Positions 45,118-59,363 of a stretch of DNA of 64,000 nt are shown here, one piece after another. Source of the stretch: the human T2T-CHM13v2.0 reference genome, Homo sapiens; NCBI RefSeq assembly GCF_009914755.1, contig NC_060930.1; one strand, 5' to 3'. A program made the position numbers and the translations under genes. How positions within the stretch are numbered: the stretch's first letter is position 1; each line of letters opens with the position of its first letter. The notes under the pieces are model-generated. The model saw only the letters and a list, made by a program, of their open reading frames with translations. It did no database searches and was not told where the DNA came from.

Positions 45118-47274
45118 TTATATATTTTACTATCATTCATTGTCACATAACTGATGTTTCTGTTATCTTTTAAACTTATTACTGAGATGTTTTTTAAAGT
45201 ATAAAACATGAATGATTCTTTTTTCTTTTTTCATGTGTTTTTGAGAGAGTTACTTCCCAATTCAATGATTTTTGTACTGCGTTATGTTGGGGATGATATA
45301 ATTAGGGTTCCCAGGGCCTTGAGGCATTAGACAATTACTTTAATTGGGCCTCTATCATTTGAGCAGCAGTGAATGTATAGTCACTCCCCAACATAAACCA
45401 TGCATTAACATATATTCAAAAAATGACAACATGCGCAGTTCTTAAGCATATGTTTTAATGCTAAGTAAAAGAATCTTTAAGTCCTCAAGTTCACACATTA
45501 AAATGTGAAAGAAACATGTAAGAATATCCTACGGATAGATATTTAGGAAATGAAACAGTTTATATATTAAAAGACCTAACTCTTTAGACAGAGTATTTTG
45601 TTAGAAGTCCAGTAGCTTTTTAGTTTATGTTAACTAGACCTTAAATAGTTAACATCTCTATCTTTCTCACTTGGTAAATACAATTTGAATGAATTAATAA
45701 ACGGTTTTGTTTTTACCTGCAAGTTGCATGGATCTAACGTTAAGTTGCATCTTACTGTGGCGTCTCCATGTTGATTTTTAATCCCATGATATTGTTCATT
45801 TTAGAATTTGCCATTATCATTTCTTAAGGTACTGTGCACTTCAGGGTTAATTTCCCTTGTTGCTTATAGAATATTAACCATTTTAGCACTGTGATATTTA
45901 TTATTATTCCCGTAAGTTCACTATACCCAGAGATTGCCCAGTGAAATACCACAGCTAATAAGCAATGAGCACTCATGGGTAAAGGGGAATCTTTTGCAGG
46001 GCGAGGAGAGAACAAACTAGAGGGGAAGTAGCAGACTTGCAGAGGAAGTTTCATTCTGTGATCTCTCCGCTGTATACTCATTCAATGGAAGGGGCACAAG
46101 GGCATAAAGCCAGTATTACTTGGCTTTATGGCAGGATGATGACTGTGAGTGAGTCATTGAGCTAACTTATATCATCCAGCCCATCCTATGACCTACTTTT
46201 CCAGTCTATCTGCAAAAAGGATGCTAAATTATTAACATCCTGAGTAATTTTTCTTTCCTATCATTAGTCCTGGTCATTCATGTGTGCTTATTGGAACACA
46301 ATCTGATAAAGCTATGTTACATTAAATTAGTATTTTATTCTGCCTTATTCATCTAGTTTTAGTCCTAGTGGCTTGGAAACATAAGTAGAATATTTATCAG
46401 AAGAAAAGAAAATAAATGCAAAAGAAAAAAAAAGAATGATTCAGCAAGGATTAGATAATTATATTTTCTTCCAGATGCATTCCCAGATGTGTTTCTGTTC
46501 ACTAAGTAACCACCTCCAAAATACTTTAGGCAAAATGCTTCCCTGAAAAATGTTTTCTGGCTTTATGTCATCATTTCTAGTATCTTTAGCTAAGTTGTTA
46601 TTTTGGGTAGCACTAAGGTCGTGTTCACTGTTTTTATCTTTTGCCAAATTTCTTTCTGAGGTAGTGAAGTTCTTTTCCCATCTCTCCATTGCTACTTTTA
46701 GAACTTTTCTAATGAATACATATATATCATTGGATCAGTTATTTAGCAGAAAAACATATTTACTTTTTTTTCCTTCTCCAGTGTGTTGTTATATTTAGAA
46801 GATTATATGCTAAATAGATTATGACACAATGTGCTAAATACCGTAGGATTCTGGGACTACCCCAAATTCGATTCACTGGTTTGAAGGCAACTGTTACTTT
46901 ATGTTGACTTGCTTTCCATTTCCTTGTAGTCTGGTCAAGAAAGGAACCTCATTTTTCCTAAACTTCATTCACTTTATATCCTTCCTTTACAATATGATTA
47001 TGTTATTCCTTTCAGAAATCATCGTCTCTTAATCTCTTGTGCATTTTTCCTGCCTCAGTGGTATATCATAAACATAAAGGTCCAATCACATATACATGAA
47101 GTAGTAGAATAATAACGTTTTTCTTTTTTTGACAGAGTGCTTTCATATTCCACAGAGCTTGCATATTAACTCATTATGTTACCAAAACTTAGCAAAGTAC
47201 ATAGGGTTAGTATTTTTAATTTGCATTTTATAAAACAAATGTCAGGGTTCGGAATGGTTAGAAAGAGTTGTTGA

Positions 47275-47628
47275 GGCCAGGCATGGTGGCTCATGCCTGT
47301 AATCCCAGCACTTTCAGAGGCTGAGGCAGACAGATTGCTTGAGTCCAGGAGTTCAAGAACAGCCTGGACAACATAGCAAAACCCCATCTCTACAAAAATT
47401 AGCCAGGTGTGGTGGCACTCGCCTGTAGTCGCAGCTACTTGGGAGGCTGAGGTGGGAGGATCCTGGGAGGCACTCGCCTATAGTCCCAAGTAGTCGCAGC
47501 TACTTGGGAGGCTGAGGTTGAGCCTGGGAGGCAGAGGCTACCATGAGCCGAGATCACACCACTGCATTCCAGCCTGGGCAACAGAGCAAGACCCTGTCTC
47601 AAAAAAAAAAAAAAAAAAAAAAAAAAAA
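47275..47628 (+). mobile_element. AluJ with internal duplication
   Basis: Sense dimer, A28 tail; 47414-47453 is repeated at 47469-47518. Confidence 0.92.
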
Positions 47629-47799
47629 GCCCACAATGAATTAATGCATACTGGAACTATATACCCTCAGTTTCTACTGTGGTTCTTTTTACCAGTTCCA
47701 ATAGCATATATTAATTAAATGATTTCTATTTTTATCGGTTATGTGTCCAGACTAGTAATAAATGCAATGGTAAGTATACCGATAATACTTAACATGATA

Positions 47800-48010
47800 A
47801 TCATAATAAAACAATTATCTAATATTTTTGGGTGTTTACTTTCATGCCAAGCACTACTGTTAAAGCATTGTATGTCTTAGATTGTTTAATCCTCAAGGCC
47901 CAAAGATGTTAAGTAATTTGCCCAAAGTCATGCAGTTAGTGATAGAACCTTGATAGAATCCAGGCCAGGGGATTACCCAGCCAGTGCTCTTATCCATAGT
48001 GTTGTACTGC
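47800..48010 (-). mobile_element. MIR
   Basis: gttaagtaatttgcccaaagtcatgcagttagtg. Confidence 0.7.
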
Positions 48011-48029
48011 TGGTCTAATCTAAGGCATT

Positions 48030-48640
48030 TTCCTCTAGCACTGGAGACAATAAAGTGGATTCAGCAAATATTGAGGAGAAGAAATTTACAATGTACACTT
48101 AGAAGAGAAGATGAGGAAGGCATGCATGGGTGTCAAAAGTAGCTCCTTGGTATCTTAAGTAAGGCATAATAATAGAAAATCATATAGTTAACCCAGATAG
48201 GGAAATGAGAAGGAGGAGGAGTTTAGGTAGGAAAGATGAGTTTGATGTTAGACATGCTGAATTTGCAGTGACTGCCTGGAAAATCTAGGATAGAGCCCCC
48301 CTTAGGCTGTAGAAAATGTGGGTCAGGAGCCAAAAAGAAAGATGAGGGTCTAGAGATAAATGCTTGGGAGTAATCAGCATTTGAGTAGTAGATGAAGTTA
48401 TAGGTAATGAGATCATCCAGAAGGAAAAATGGAAGGGTAAGAACAGAAGTCTAGGGAACACCAATATTTCAGTAATAATGGGAAAGGAAAAAGGATTCTG
48501 TGGCAGGTTAAAAAGGCAGGGTCAGGCCCGTGGAGGTGGAGACCCAGGAGGAAATAATACCACGGAAGCCAAGAGACAATACAGTTGTAGGAAAAGGAAG
48601 GGAAGAAGGGCCAAGTGTTATTGAGAGTTGCCTCTTATAA
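48030..48640 (-). mobile_element. L2 fragment
   Basis: gatgagtttgatgttagacatgctgaattt...ttgggagtaatcagcat...gagatcatccag. Confidence 0.6.
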
Positions 48641-49109
48641 GCAAGCACTGGGCTGGGGGCTCTGGAGAATATGAAAAAACAAAAAATATTGTTAGATTGC
48701 TTTCTTTTCCAAATTTCATGAGTATTCAAAAGCTATTGAGTTGTACTAACGTCTAAAGTTAGAAATCTTCATGGTCCTTTTTTGACTGCAGCATCCCCAG
48801 TTCCTTGCACAGTGCTTGGTTTGTCCTCCTTGACACCCCCACAACTCTGCACCGTATATATGGCAGGAAGGGACTCAAGAGTAAGAAGCAGGGATAATAC
48901 GTGTCTGTTGAATGAATGGCACTTAACTCTGGAACTAACAAGAGTAAGGCTTAGAGCAGTATTTCTTGGTCTGTTTTAATTAAAGTTCTCTTTTCATAGA
49001 CAAGAAAATCCTCTTCTCTTTGCAGAAAAAGTGATACATTCCTTTTAATAGCACATAATACTTTGCCTTCTTAGAGATTCTGTGGACCCCCGCTGGCTAA
49101 TAGCTAAGA

Positions 49110-49345
49110 ATAATTATTAGGCAATATTTATTGAGCCTATAATATGTTGAAATCAGTGTAGTTTACATGGTACTAAGTGGTTTACATGAATTAACTCATT
49201 TAATTCTCACAATGGCACATATTATATACAAAATCTTATCCCCATTTTAGGGTTAAGAAATTTAGGTACACAGAAGTTAAATAACTTGCCTGAAGTCACA
49301 GTGCTAATAATTGCCAGAGTTCAGATTCAAGCTCTAGCTTGTGGA
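49110..49345 (-). mobile_element. MIR
   Basis: ttaactcatttaattctcacaa...cccattttag...gttaaataacttgcctgaagtcaca. Confidence 0.75.
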
Positions 49346-49594
49346 TCTCCAAATTTTATTTATTGCTATTATAACTTCCAAGTAGGATAGTTTTTGGAAA
49401 CAATAGGGATGATAATTTTCCAATTGAAAATTATACTACACTATTGAATAGAAATGTTATATTATACATGCCATCTCCTGGACATTTAATACAACATTCT
49501 ATAGTCAATATCGCCTCCTTTTTACCTTCACTCTCCATCCAGTCACTGGGTGAGGGGATCAATAAAGAAGCTGTGTTTGTTAAAGCAGAATGAC

Positions 49595-50256
49595 TATGTG
49601 CTACAGCAGTCCCACTACTAGCTGTTTATCCAAAGGAAAGGAAATCAGTATCAAAGAGATACCTGTTCCCCCATGTTTATTGCAGATAAACTATGCCCAA
49701 TAGCCAAGATAAGGAATCAGCCTAAATGTCCATCATCAGATGAATGGTTAAAGATATAGCACACACCAGAATACTATTCAACCATAAAAAGAGTGAAATT
49801 TTGTCGTGGCAGCAACATGGATGGAACCAAAGGTCATTATGTTAACTGAAATAAACCAGGCACAGAAAGACAAATACCGCGTGTTCTCACTCATATGCAG
49901 GAGCTAAAAAATTGATCTCATGGAGATGGAACATAGAATGATGCTTACCAGAAAGTGGAAAGGGAGGTAGGTGGTGATGAAGAGAGATTGGTTAAGGGGT
50001 ACAAACATATAGCTAGATAGAAGGAATAAGTTCTAGTGTTCGGTAGCACAGTAGAGTGACTATAATTAACAACAATTTATTGTATATTTCCAAATAGCTA
50101 GAAGAGGAGATTTGAAATGTTCCCAACACAGGAAATGATACATTTTGAGTAACAGATATCCTAAATACTCTAATTTGATCATTACGCATTGTGTGCATAT
50201 ATCAAAATACCACATATACCTTCCATAAATATGCATAGTATTACGTATCAATTTTT
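49595..50256 (+). mobile_element. L1MA 3' fragment
   Basis: atccaaaggaaaggaaatcagtatc...tagatagaaggaataagttctagtgtt...caaatagctagaagagg. Confidence 0.88.
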
Positions 50257-50920
50257 TACGTAAAATGTTTAGAAAATGAAGCTATGTTTGAATGTGACCA
50301 TGAGGAGAAAAACTACAAATAAAAGTAATGAGTGTTTTATCTGTAATAACATCTTTAATTATAAAACTGCAGAGTTTCTTAATGAAGTATGTGTACGTGT
50401 TTTAAAATGAAATGCTAATGCCAGTGGTTGTTAACATGTTGTGAAGCTATTATCCATTCTAAACTACATTTCAAAAACTTTAAGCCCTCATGTCTTCCTC
50501 CTACTTATCTTTCTTTCTTAAAGCCAAGTATATTAAATCTCTAGCTTAAACTCCTGCCCATAAGCACCCTGTATTCCTAACCAGAGATCCATTTCATCAC
50601 TTGCTGCAGGCACAAGGAGAAAGAGTCAATGATGGGTCACTGTTGCCTCCTTGTACTCCTCCTTATCATCATTCTCACATTCACTGAGCCCTCATTATGT
50701 GAATGGGCCACTCTAGGACCTTATATTCCTACTGAAAATCAGGAAGAAATCAAGGGAGCATGTACAGTATGTGTACTTTTGAATGTTCTAGTCGACTTTG
50801 CAGTAATATCGAAAAGGTGCCCTAATTAAGTCCTCAGAAAAAATGAGAAAAAGAAGACTGGGTAATATAACCAATAATTTTTTTAAAAGGCTGAATCTCA
50901 GATTATTAAGATCTGACCAG

Positions 50921-51589
<669 letters not shown>

Positions 51590-52009
51590 TTAAATTTTGC
51601 ATTTATTCTACTAGTATTTATTGGTTATAGACCGTGTGTCTGGCACTTGTTAGGTATAGAATATTAAGAGATTAGTAAAACTTGGTAACTGTCTTTTAGG
51701 GACGGATATTCTTAAGTTGTGGTTAATATTAGGTAGATGTTTATAAGCCAGAATGTTTGGTAAGAATGGTAAAACCCCAGTGTTAAATCCAGTATGCAAG
51801 GAACATAAATGTTTACTATAGGCTTTTTATGGATGAGAAAGAAATACTGAATTTACAGGTCTTCCATGAAAATCAATCCCCTTTCTTCACACAATTATAC
51901 TTTATAGGTTTCATTTTATCCGTGATATCATTAAATCTACCAGTATAGGGAAAGGTTTTAACTAGGTTACATACATACATGCACACGTTTGCATGCATAT
52001 ATATTTATG

Positions 52010-54416
52010 TATATAAAAGTTGTAGTTTGATTCATCTGCAAGTGACAGAAAAAATATGGCATAAAAAAAAAGTTTATTTCTCAGTCATGTAAATGAAGTC
52101 CAGAGCCAGATGGTGGAACTCTGTAAGGCTCCAGCATGTCAGAGATGTAGGATTGAACTTTCATCTCATGGTCAAAGATGGCTGCTTAATCTCCAGCCAT
52201 CACATCTGCATTCCAAACAGTAGGAAGGCAAGGGGCAAACAAGAGTGTGTGTTTCTTCCCTTGTAATACTTCCTGAAAGTCATACCCGTCACTTTTGATT
52301 ATGTCAAATTGTCAGAACTTAGTCATATGGCCACACTTACCTGCAAGAGAGGCTAAGAAAATTTAGTGTTTAGTTTGAGTTTTTTGTCCCCCTTTAAAGA
52401 GTCTCTTGGAAAGAAGGGGAGATGAAATAGTGGGGAGCAATTAGCAGTCTTTGCCACAGTCACCATTTGTCCATTCTTCTTGCTACATACAGAACTTACT
52501 CTAAGAGAGAGAGCCCCAGTCCCATCTAGTTACCCTGTCCTCTTATAAGTACATGATCTCTGGGTGATGCTCTGTCCTTTTCAGGAAGTCCAGGTGTGGC
52601 TTTCCATGGGCTGATGGATATAAGCTAAAAAGCAACCTAACATTCCCAATATAAAATAGAATGGAAATAAGAGAATATTTAAAGCTCCCATTTGAAAAAT
52701 GGGAGAATAAGAAACACATGAGTTTTCAATAGGAATTATTAAACCTTGCTTGGTGGAAATCCTGGAGCCTTTCTGCGCAAGCACTGAAGGACGGTCTTTA
52801 GTACCCCATCTGATGGCCCCTGGCTTTCCTCTGTGAGGGATACGCCTTAGTCCTTTGTCCTCTGTTGCTCCTGTCTTCTGTGCCCATATTTGAGGTGGCA
52901 TTAGGGTGAATGCTCTTCTGAGTGGGTTCTAATACTTCCTTCTCGTACCAGCATGAGCCCCGGCAATTGCTTTAGGGGTTGTACAGTAGCGGCTGTGCAG
53001 ACCATCCTGCATTTTGGCAGTCCAAGTCCCTCACAAACTTAGTAGCCTTTTAGTCTGTTTCTTGTCAGTTCCATTAACAACTATAGGCAAAGGTCTTAAC
53101 TGGACGTAGTTTTGAACCTAAAGACCCTGTCTTTTATTTACTGGCCTCTGTCCTTCTTCCCTACTCTGAACTTACTGATGACTCCTTTGAGGTCATCTGA
53201 AGCACTCTTAATCCCATCTCTGCCAAGAAACTCAGCTCATGTATGATGGGGCACCAACCTTCTGAGGTGGCTATGATACTGTAGCCAATGCTTGTAATTG
53301 CTATGCTTGGCTTTTTCAGACCTGCAAACATCAAAATCACAGGACCCTCAGTCAAATTTAATTCTAATTCACAAGGAGAGTGGTTTTCTTAGCAAAGCTG
53401 TTTCCTCTCTCTCTCTTTTCTTTCTTTCTTTCTTTTTTCTTTCTCTTCTCTTTTCAAGTATAAGTCCATCTTATTTCTTTTTTTAACTTTTTTACTTTTA
53501 AGTACATTTATATGGGTACATAGTAAATGTATATATTTATGGGTGCATGAGATACTTTAGGCATACACTCCATAATAATCGCAGAGTAAACGAGGTATCT
53601 GTCACCTCAAGTAATTTACAATTTCAGCAAAGCTGCTTTCTTACTCAGCTTGCAACCAGCTAGCCCTAGTCTGAGTTCCTTGTTACTAAGAGCAGTAAGA
53701 AGGAGCCAGCTATATTCAACATTCTGAATTTTTTGTAATATCTCTATAGCTATAGACTAAGTTAACATTTGTACTGTCTTCCAAGTTCTGCAGGGGACAA
53801 TGTGACCAGATATTTTGCTAACATAACATTAATTAGTTTTCCAGCCTGCAGTATGAGTCCTTGCTGCCCAAAATGTGACAAACGAGTATCACACTTTTAG
53901 ATTCTGTCACATATAGTATCCCACTTTGATTGGATTGGTTTGGGCTGTCAATGACCAAAAACATAAAACAGTGTCTCAGACAAGATAGATAGATATCACT
54001 TTCTCACATTAAAAAAGAAAAGAAAAGCTTAAGATGCTTAAGATGTAGCAATCTTGTGCTGGTGGACAGTCCACAGCATCAATGACTCAGGATTCTGTCC
54101 TGTTGCTCAGCTGTCCTCTGTCTCATGGTCCATGATGACTGCTGAAAATTCAACCTCCACGTCTGCATTCCAGCCAGGAAGAAGGAGAAAGAGTTAAAGA
54201 AGTGTGTGCCCCACCCTACCTTGAAGGTTACTGTCTTTGAAATTGTACAGGACACTTCACTTATATCTCACTGATTAGAACATAACTTTCCCTAGCTGCA
54301 CGGAAAACTAGAAAATAACACATTTCTTCTGGACATCCATGTATCTAGCTCAAAATCCATTTATATGGGAGATGAAAGGAATGGATATAAAGGGGCCACT
54401 GAAAATCTCCACCACA
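52010..54416 (-). mobile_element. Old MaLR element (MLT1K/L-like), apparent LTR-internal-LTR structure
   Basis: Two diverged direct repeats (~52010-52458 and ~53925-54416) share tctcatggtc..gatg.ctgct (52164, 54121), tctgcattcca (52205, 54162) and a terminal ccaca; ~1.5 kb MaLR-internal-like spacer. Confidence 0.65.
53401..53625 (-). mobile_element. Short L1MA 3' end with long composite tail, inside the MaLR
   Basis: tgggtacatagtaaatgtatatatttatggg...tcacctcaag; TSD agcaaagctg at 53391-53400 and 53626-53635. Confidence 0.75.
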
Positions 54417-54440
54417 ATAGGTATGTCTAAAAAGTTCTCG

Positions 54441-54742
54441 GGCCGGGTGTGGTGGCTCACACCTGTAATCCCAGCACTTTGGGAGGCCAAGGCAGGTGGA
54501 TCACAAGGTCAGGAGATCAAGACCATCCTGGCCAACATGGTGAACCCTGTCTCTACTAAAAATGCAAACAAACAAAAAAATTAGCTGGGCGTGGCAGTGG
54601 GTGCCTGTAGTCCCGGCTACTCAGGAGGCTGAGGCAAGAGAATGGTGTGAACCTGGGAGGCGGAGCTTGCAATGAGCCAAGATCACGCCACTGCACTCCA
54701 GCCTGGGTGACAGAGCGAGACTCCGTCTCATAAAAAAAAAAA
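54441..54742 (+). mobile_element. AluY/Sc-like
   Basis: TSD aaaaagttctc. Confidence 0.93.
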
Positions 54743-55735
54743 AAAAAGTTCTCATGTTGTAGGGTAATAACTTCCCCTAAAAACAACTGAATTTTTTTTA
54801 TCATATCTCTAAGTATCTAATTATGTTCTCTTGAGCATCAATACCGAATTTTGCACCTGGCTCAATATTTGGTTTTTGTTCTCTTATGGTGACAAAGTTT
54901 TCATTTTTAAAAAATGCATATCTCCTATTTTAATCTCACAAATTAAACAATATTTTGAAGATTATCAGCTGTCTGTGTTGAGTGACTATCAGAAAATTTC
55001 ATTTGATGCAAGACTTAAAGAAATTTAACTGCTAGAGGTTTTTTTCTAATATCAAACAGGAATTGGTGTTATTTCAGTTTTTTCACATTCTAGATTTCCT
55101 TATTGTAGTATGTATGCAGCAATTGCCTCAGCCTCATGGTGAGTCCCTTTTGCGATTCTATACCATCTAGGGCATATCTTTCTCCCACTGCTTCTATTAA
55201 CAATCCCAGGTGTCTAGTACAGGTGTCCAGTACATTGGAGTTAGCCTGCTGCCGGAATTACTGAATAATTTCTTGTCAGAACAAAAGAGATGGAGAGGAG
55301 AAACTCAAATTTTTCTATTTTCTTTGTTTTCAACCCAGTGTTTCCTCTAATTTGTATGAGGTTACTTACGTGATCTGCTTTAGTCAATTTTGATCAATGA
55401 AATCAGTGTTTTTTTGTTAGAAGCCTTTAAAGAAGTAAACAGATTTCTTTTTCCTCAATTATTATTTAAAGCAAAATGCTTTTAGTCTGACCATGTAAAT
55501 AAGACCAAGCATCGACTTTTTTATAGAAAATACTATTATAATTCAACTGTCCAACAGTGATTCTTTTTCCTGTACTTTCTCCTAATTTACTGTTATTCAA
55601 TCTTTTAATTGTACATTGGGAAAATACATTATTCTTTTTGAGTTTTTTTCTTGAAAAAAATTATTTCGTTGTCCAGTTTGTTTTGACTCTTATCAACAAT
55701 TCTGCTAATTGGGTTTCTTTCTTTTTCCCCTTTTA

Positions 55736-56084
<349 letters not shown>

Positions 56085-56204
56085 AAGAATCATGATACAA
56101 TTCAGTTTTTGGAGAGTGTTTTTCTACTTATGAAATAATCAGGTTCCATCTTAACTTTTATGGTGTAATCCCCCACATTAATATGTTCACTGCCTTCAAA
56201 TAAT

Positions 56205-56460
56205 TCTATAATTACTAATATTTATTGAACACTTAGAATGTATGAGTCATATATATGTGTATATATATGTGTATATATATATATATAGACCTCATTTAAT
56301 TATTACAACAATTCTGTGAAACAGAATCCTAATGAACCCCCTTGATGTCTACCTTTTATACGTGAGGAAAGTGAAGCACAGAGAGCTTGAAGTTAGGTAG
56401 AAGAATTGGAACCCAGGTTGCCTAGTTCCAGAGCTGGTGCTTTTTACCTACTGTACTTCA
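56205..56460 (-). mobile_element. MIR containing a (TA/TG)n microsatellite
   Basis: ctaatatttattgaacactta...ctcatttaat...tgaggaaagtgaagcacagagag. Confidence 0.7.
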
Positions 56461-56529
56461 CTCTTCCTCACTGCCCACCCCTCTGAAGAGTGACCTACCT
56501 CCCCACACCACTTGCTGTCTCCACCTTCC

Positions 56530-57385
56530 CTACCTTTCATCAACTCCTTGATCCTCTGTAATCTGGTTTCTGCTTACTCTGTTTTATTGTATCTGCTCTT
56601 GTTAAATTTCTAATTGTGGACTCTGGCAGGCAGTCTTTCATCCATATTTTTTCACTTTCTTATGTTGGCCACCCCCTCCTCCTTAAATCAATTCATTTCA
56701 GTCAATCAATTCTGTCCCCACGCCTTCCATTCATCCATCCATCCATCCATCCATCCATCCATCCATCCATCCATCCATCCATCCATCTTACTTCAGTGTT
56801 CCTCAGGCACACATCCAAACAACCACATCAGAAACTTTTTTTGGACTTCCTCCTTACCTTCTCCCACCCAATCTACTCTGGCACCAGGTCCCCTCAGTGT
56901 GTCTTCTAAATGACTCATGTCTAACTTCTTCATGCCCACCATCACTGCCTCTTTAAGTAAGTATAGGTGGGACATTCTCTTGAATTGTGTTGTCTCCCAA
57001 ATCTCTTTCATAACTCTAGCCTCACTCCTTCCAATCCACCCTTCACTTTATTGCCAGAAATTTTCTTTCTAAAATAAAAACGTTGTATTTCTTTGATCAA
57101 AATTGTTTCTTAGCTCCCCATTGCCTACAGTATAAGGAACAGTAACAACAACAGTTATACCATTACCACTCACTGATTTCTTCTACATGCCAGGAATTAT
57201 GCAAAGTATTTTACATAGACAATCTCCTTATAGATTATCTCTCCATTATGGCACATACCACATTGCTCTATTTGATTGCATGCATATGTCCTCTCCTACA
57301 GACTCCCCCATATAACATAAGGAGTATTTTTGTGTGTATGTTTTCAGTGCCTGGAACAAACCCATTAAATCTTTGTTGAATGAAG
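56530..57385 (+). mobile_element. L2 relic
   Basis: aatctggtttctg...ccaatccacccttcac...gccagaaattttctttctaaaa...cagtgcctggaaca...tgttgaatgaa. Confidence 0.6.
56727..56786. repeat. (CCAT)n tetranucleotide microsatellite
   Basis: Direct reading. Confidence 0.95.
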
Positions 57386-59063
57386 GGTTTCTTTTGTTGG
57401 TGTTATAAGCAACTAATTTATGTTTGTATGATGTGGAGACTTCAGAATCTTGTAGTAGAAGCAAATAGAACCCCTCAGGAAGGTACAGCAAAGGCTGTGC
57501 TGGCTTGGGCAGAATACTAGTTCTGGGTCAAGGGAAGCAAACATCCTGTTACCCAGAACAGCCGCCTCTTCTAAGTCTTTACAACCACATCATCACCTAA
57601 TTGTAGCAGTATTTGGGGAATGGGTGAAGAAGATGACTATCTCTAGGGTTTGGTTCAGTACATACAGCCTGCTACTGGAAGTTTCACACCTATGTGCACC
57701 ATATAGTTTAAGGCAAAATAACCGTATTCTGTAGTAAATAGACTCAAAATACGTATTGCCTTCCTAGCTCTGGATTGTCTAATTCTTTACGGCTGACTCC
57801 GTACACTAAATGGCAGTGATTTCATTGTTATTATTATTATAAAATGGCTTGTTCTTCCAAGCTATTATATATTTCTTAAATGATTAACCTTTACACAGCC
57901 TTGGTATCCCATGTTTAGCAATAAAAATTGTTCTTAATTTTCTTTCTTGGGTTTAATTTAATTTCTTATACATTAAAATATATAAAATTTAATTTAATTC
58001 CTCCATTTCTGAGATGTTTTAAAGGGTGTTAGCTGAGGTTACCAACACTTTTAGGTCATGTTACCAATAGGAATTTGACATTTATATGAATAAAAATAAT
58101 ATTGTGTTACAAAAACTAATATAGAATTGCAAGGGCTATCAACCTCTATGCTTGAGGCCATAAATTGATTGCCAGCAGGGGTCAATCAGGAGGCTCTGCA
58201 TTCTCTGTACAGTCTCCCTGGGGTAAACCATTGCAGTATTTGGTGTACCAGCAGAAAGGGCAGTGTGAATTTACACCTTCCTCAAAACAAATTGCTGAAA
58301 TATTCACCTCTTACCAGAGGTGTGGACTCATAGCACTTCTTATTTAATGCCTAACAATAGGGTCCAAGGTTATTTTTCCAGAAATAATATCAAGCCACGG
58401 AAAATAAATGTAATAATTTTGTCAAATGTATGCAGTCAGGCTTTGTTTGGTCCACTCTGGTATACTTATAGAGAGGGTCTTATTTCTGGTTTTTGTGCAG
58501 GAGCTCCTGTGAAAATGAACTAATTAGGTGCTAATTTATCTAAAACGGAGTGCTAATACCGAAGTTGATTTTTAAAGTACAAATGTGGATATGTTGCTAT
58601 TTTCACTGATGTCTATTTATTTCATGTCACCTTATTGGAAAGTATTCTTATTAAAATGAAATTCCTTTAAGTTTGGAATAAGCTTCTGCCTGAGTAATGG
58701 AAATTATAATGAGATATAAAATTGAAGCATTGCCTACCCTGTTGCAAATATTATGACATTGGGTACTGTTGATAAAATTAACTATTTTAGATCAGAATAA
58801 ACCTTTATTGGCCTAAAATTGAATAACACAAGTTTTTATGTTATTATTTGTTTTCTGTTATTACGTTTATGATTTTTTTGTTGTAGTGTTTTTCTGTGTG
58901 AAGGTAGCTTGTGACTCTTTTTGTTCTCCACTTCCTCACAGGCTATTTAAATGAAGTTGTATCCTATAAAGTAGGAGTTTTTTTCTCGTGGTAAAAGGGA
59001 AGATATACATGGCCCACCTTGTTTTACCTCCTTTGCTTTGTCGTCTGTCATACTTCTCATTTG

Positions 59064-59363
59064 TTATTTATTTAATTATTTAGAGACAGAGTCTCGCTCT
59101 GTCACCCAGGCTGGAATGTCATGGTGAGATACGTCTCCCTGCAACCTCCACCTGCCACGTTCAAGCAATTCTCCTGCCCCAGCCTCCCAAATATCTGGGA
59201 TTATAGGCACCCGCCACCATGCCTGGCTAATTTTTATATTTTTAGTAGAGATGAGGTTTCACCACATTGGCCAGGCTGGTTTCAAACTCCTGACCTCAAG
59301 TAATCTGCCCACCTTGGCCTCCCAAAGTGCTGGGATTATAGGCGTGAGCCACCAGGGCTGGCA
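59064..59363 (-). mobile_element. AluS
   Basis: Antisense dimer; TSD ctcatttg. Confidence 0.92.
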
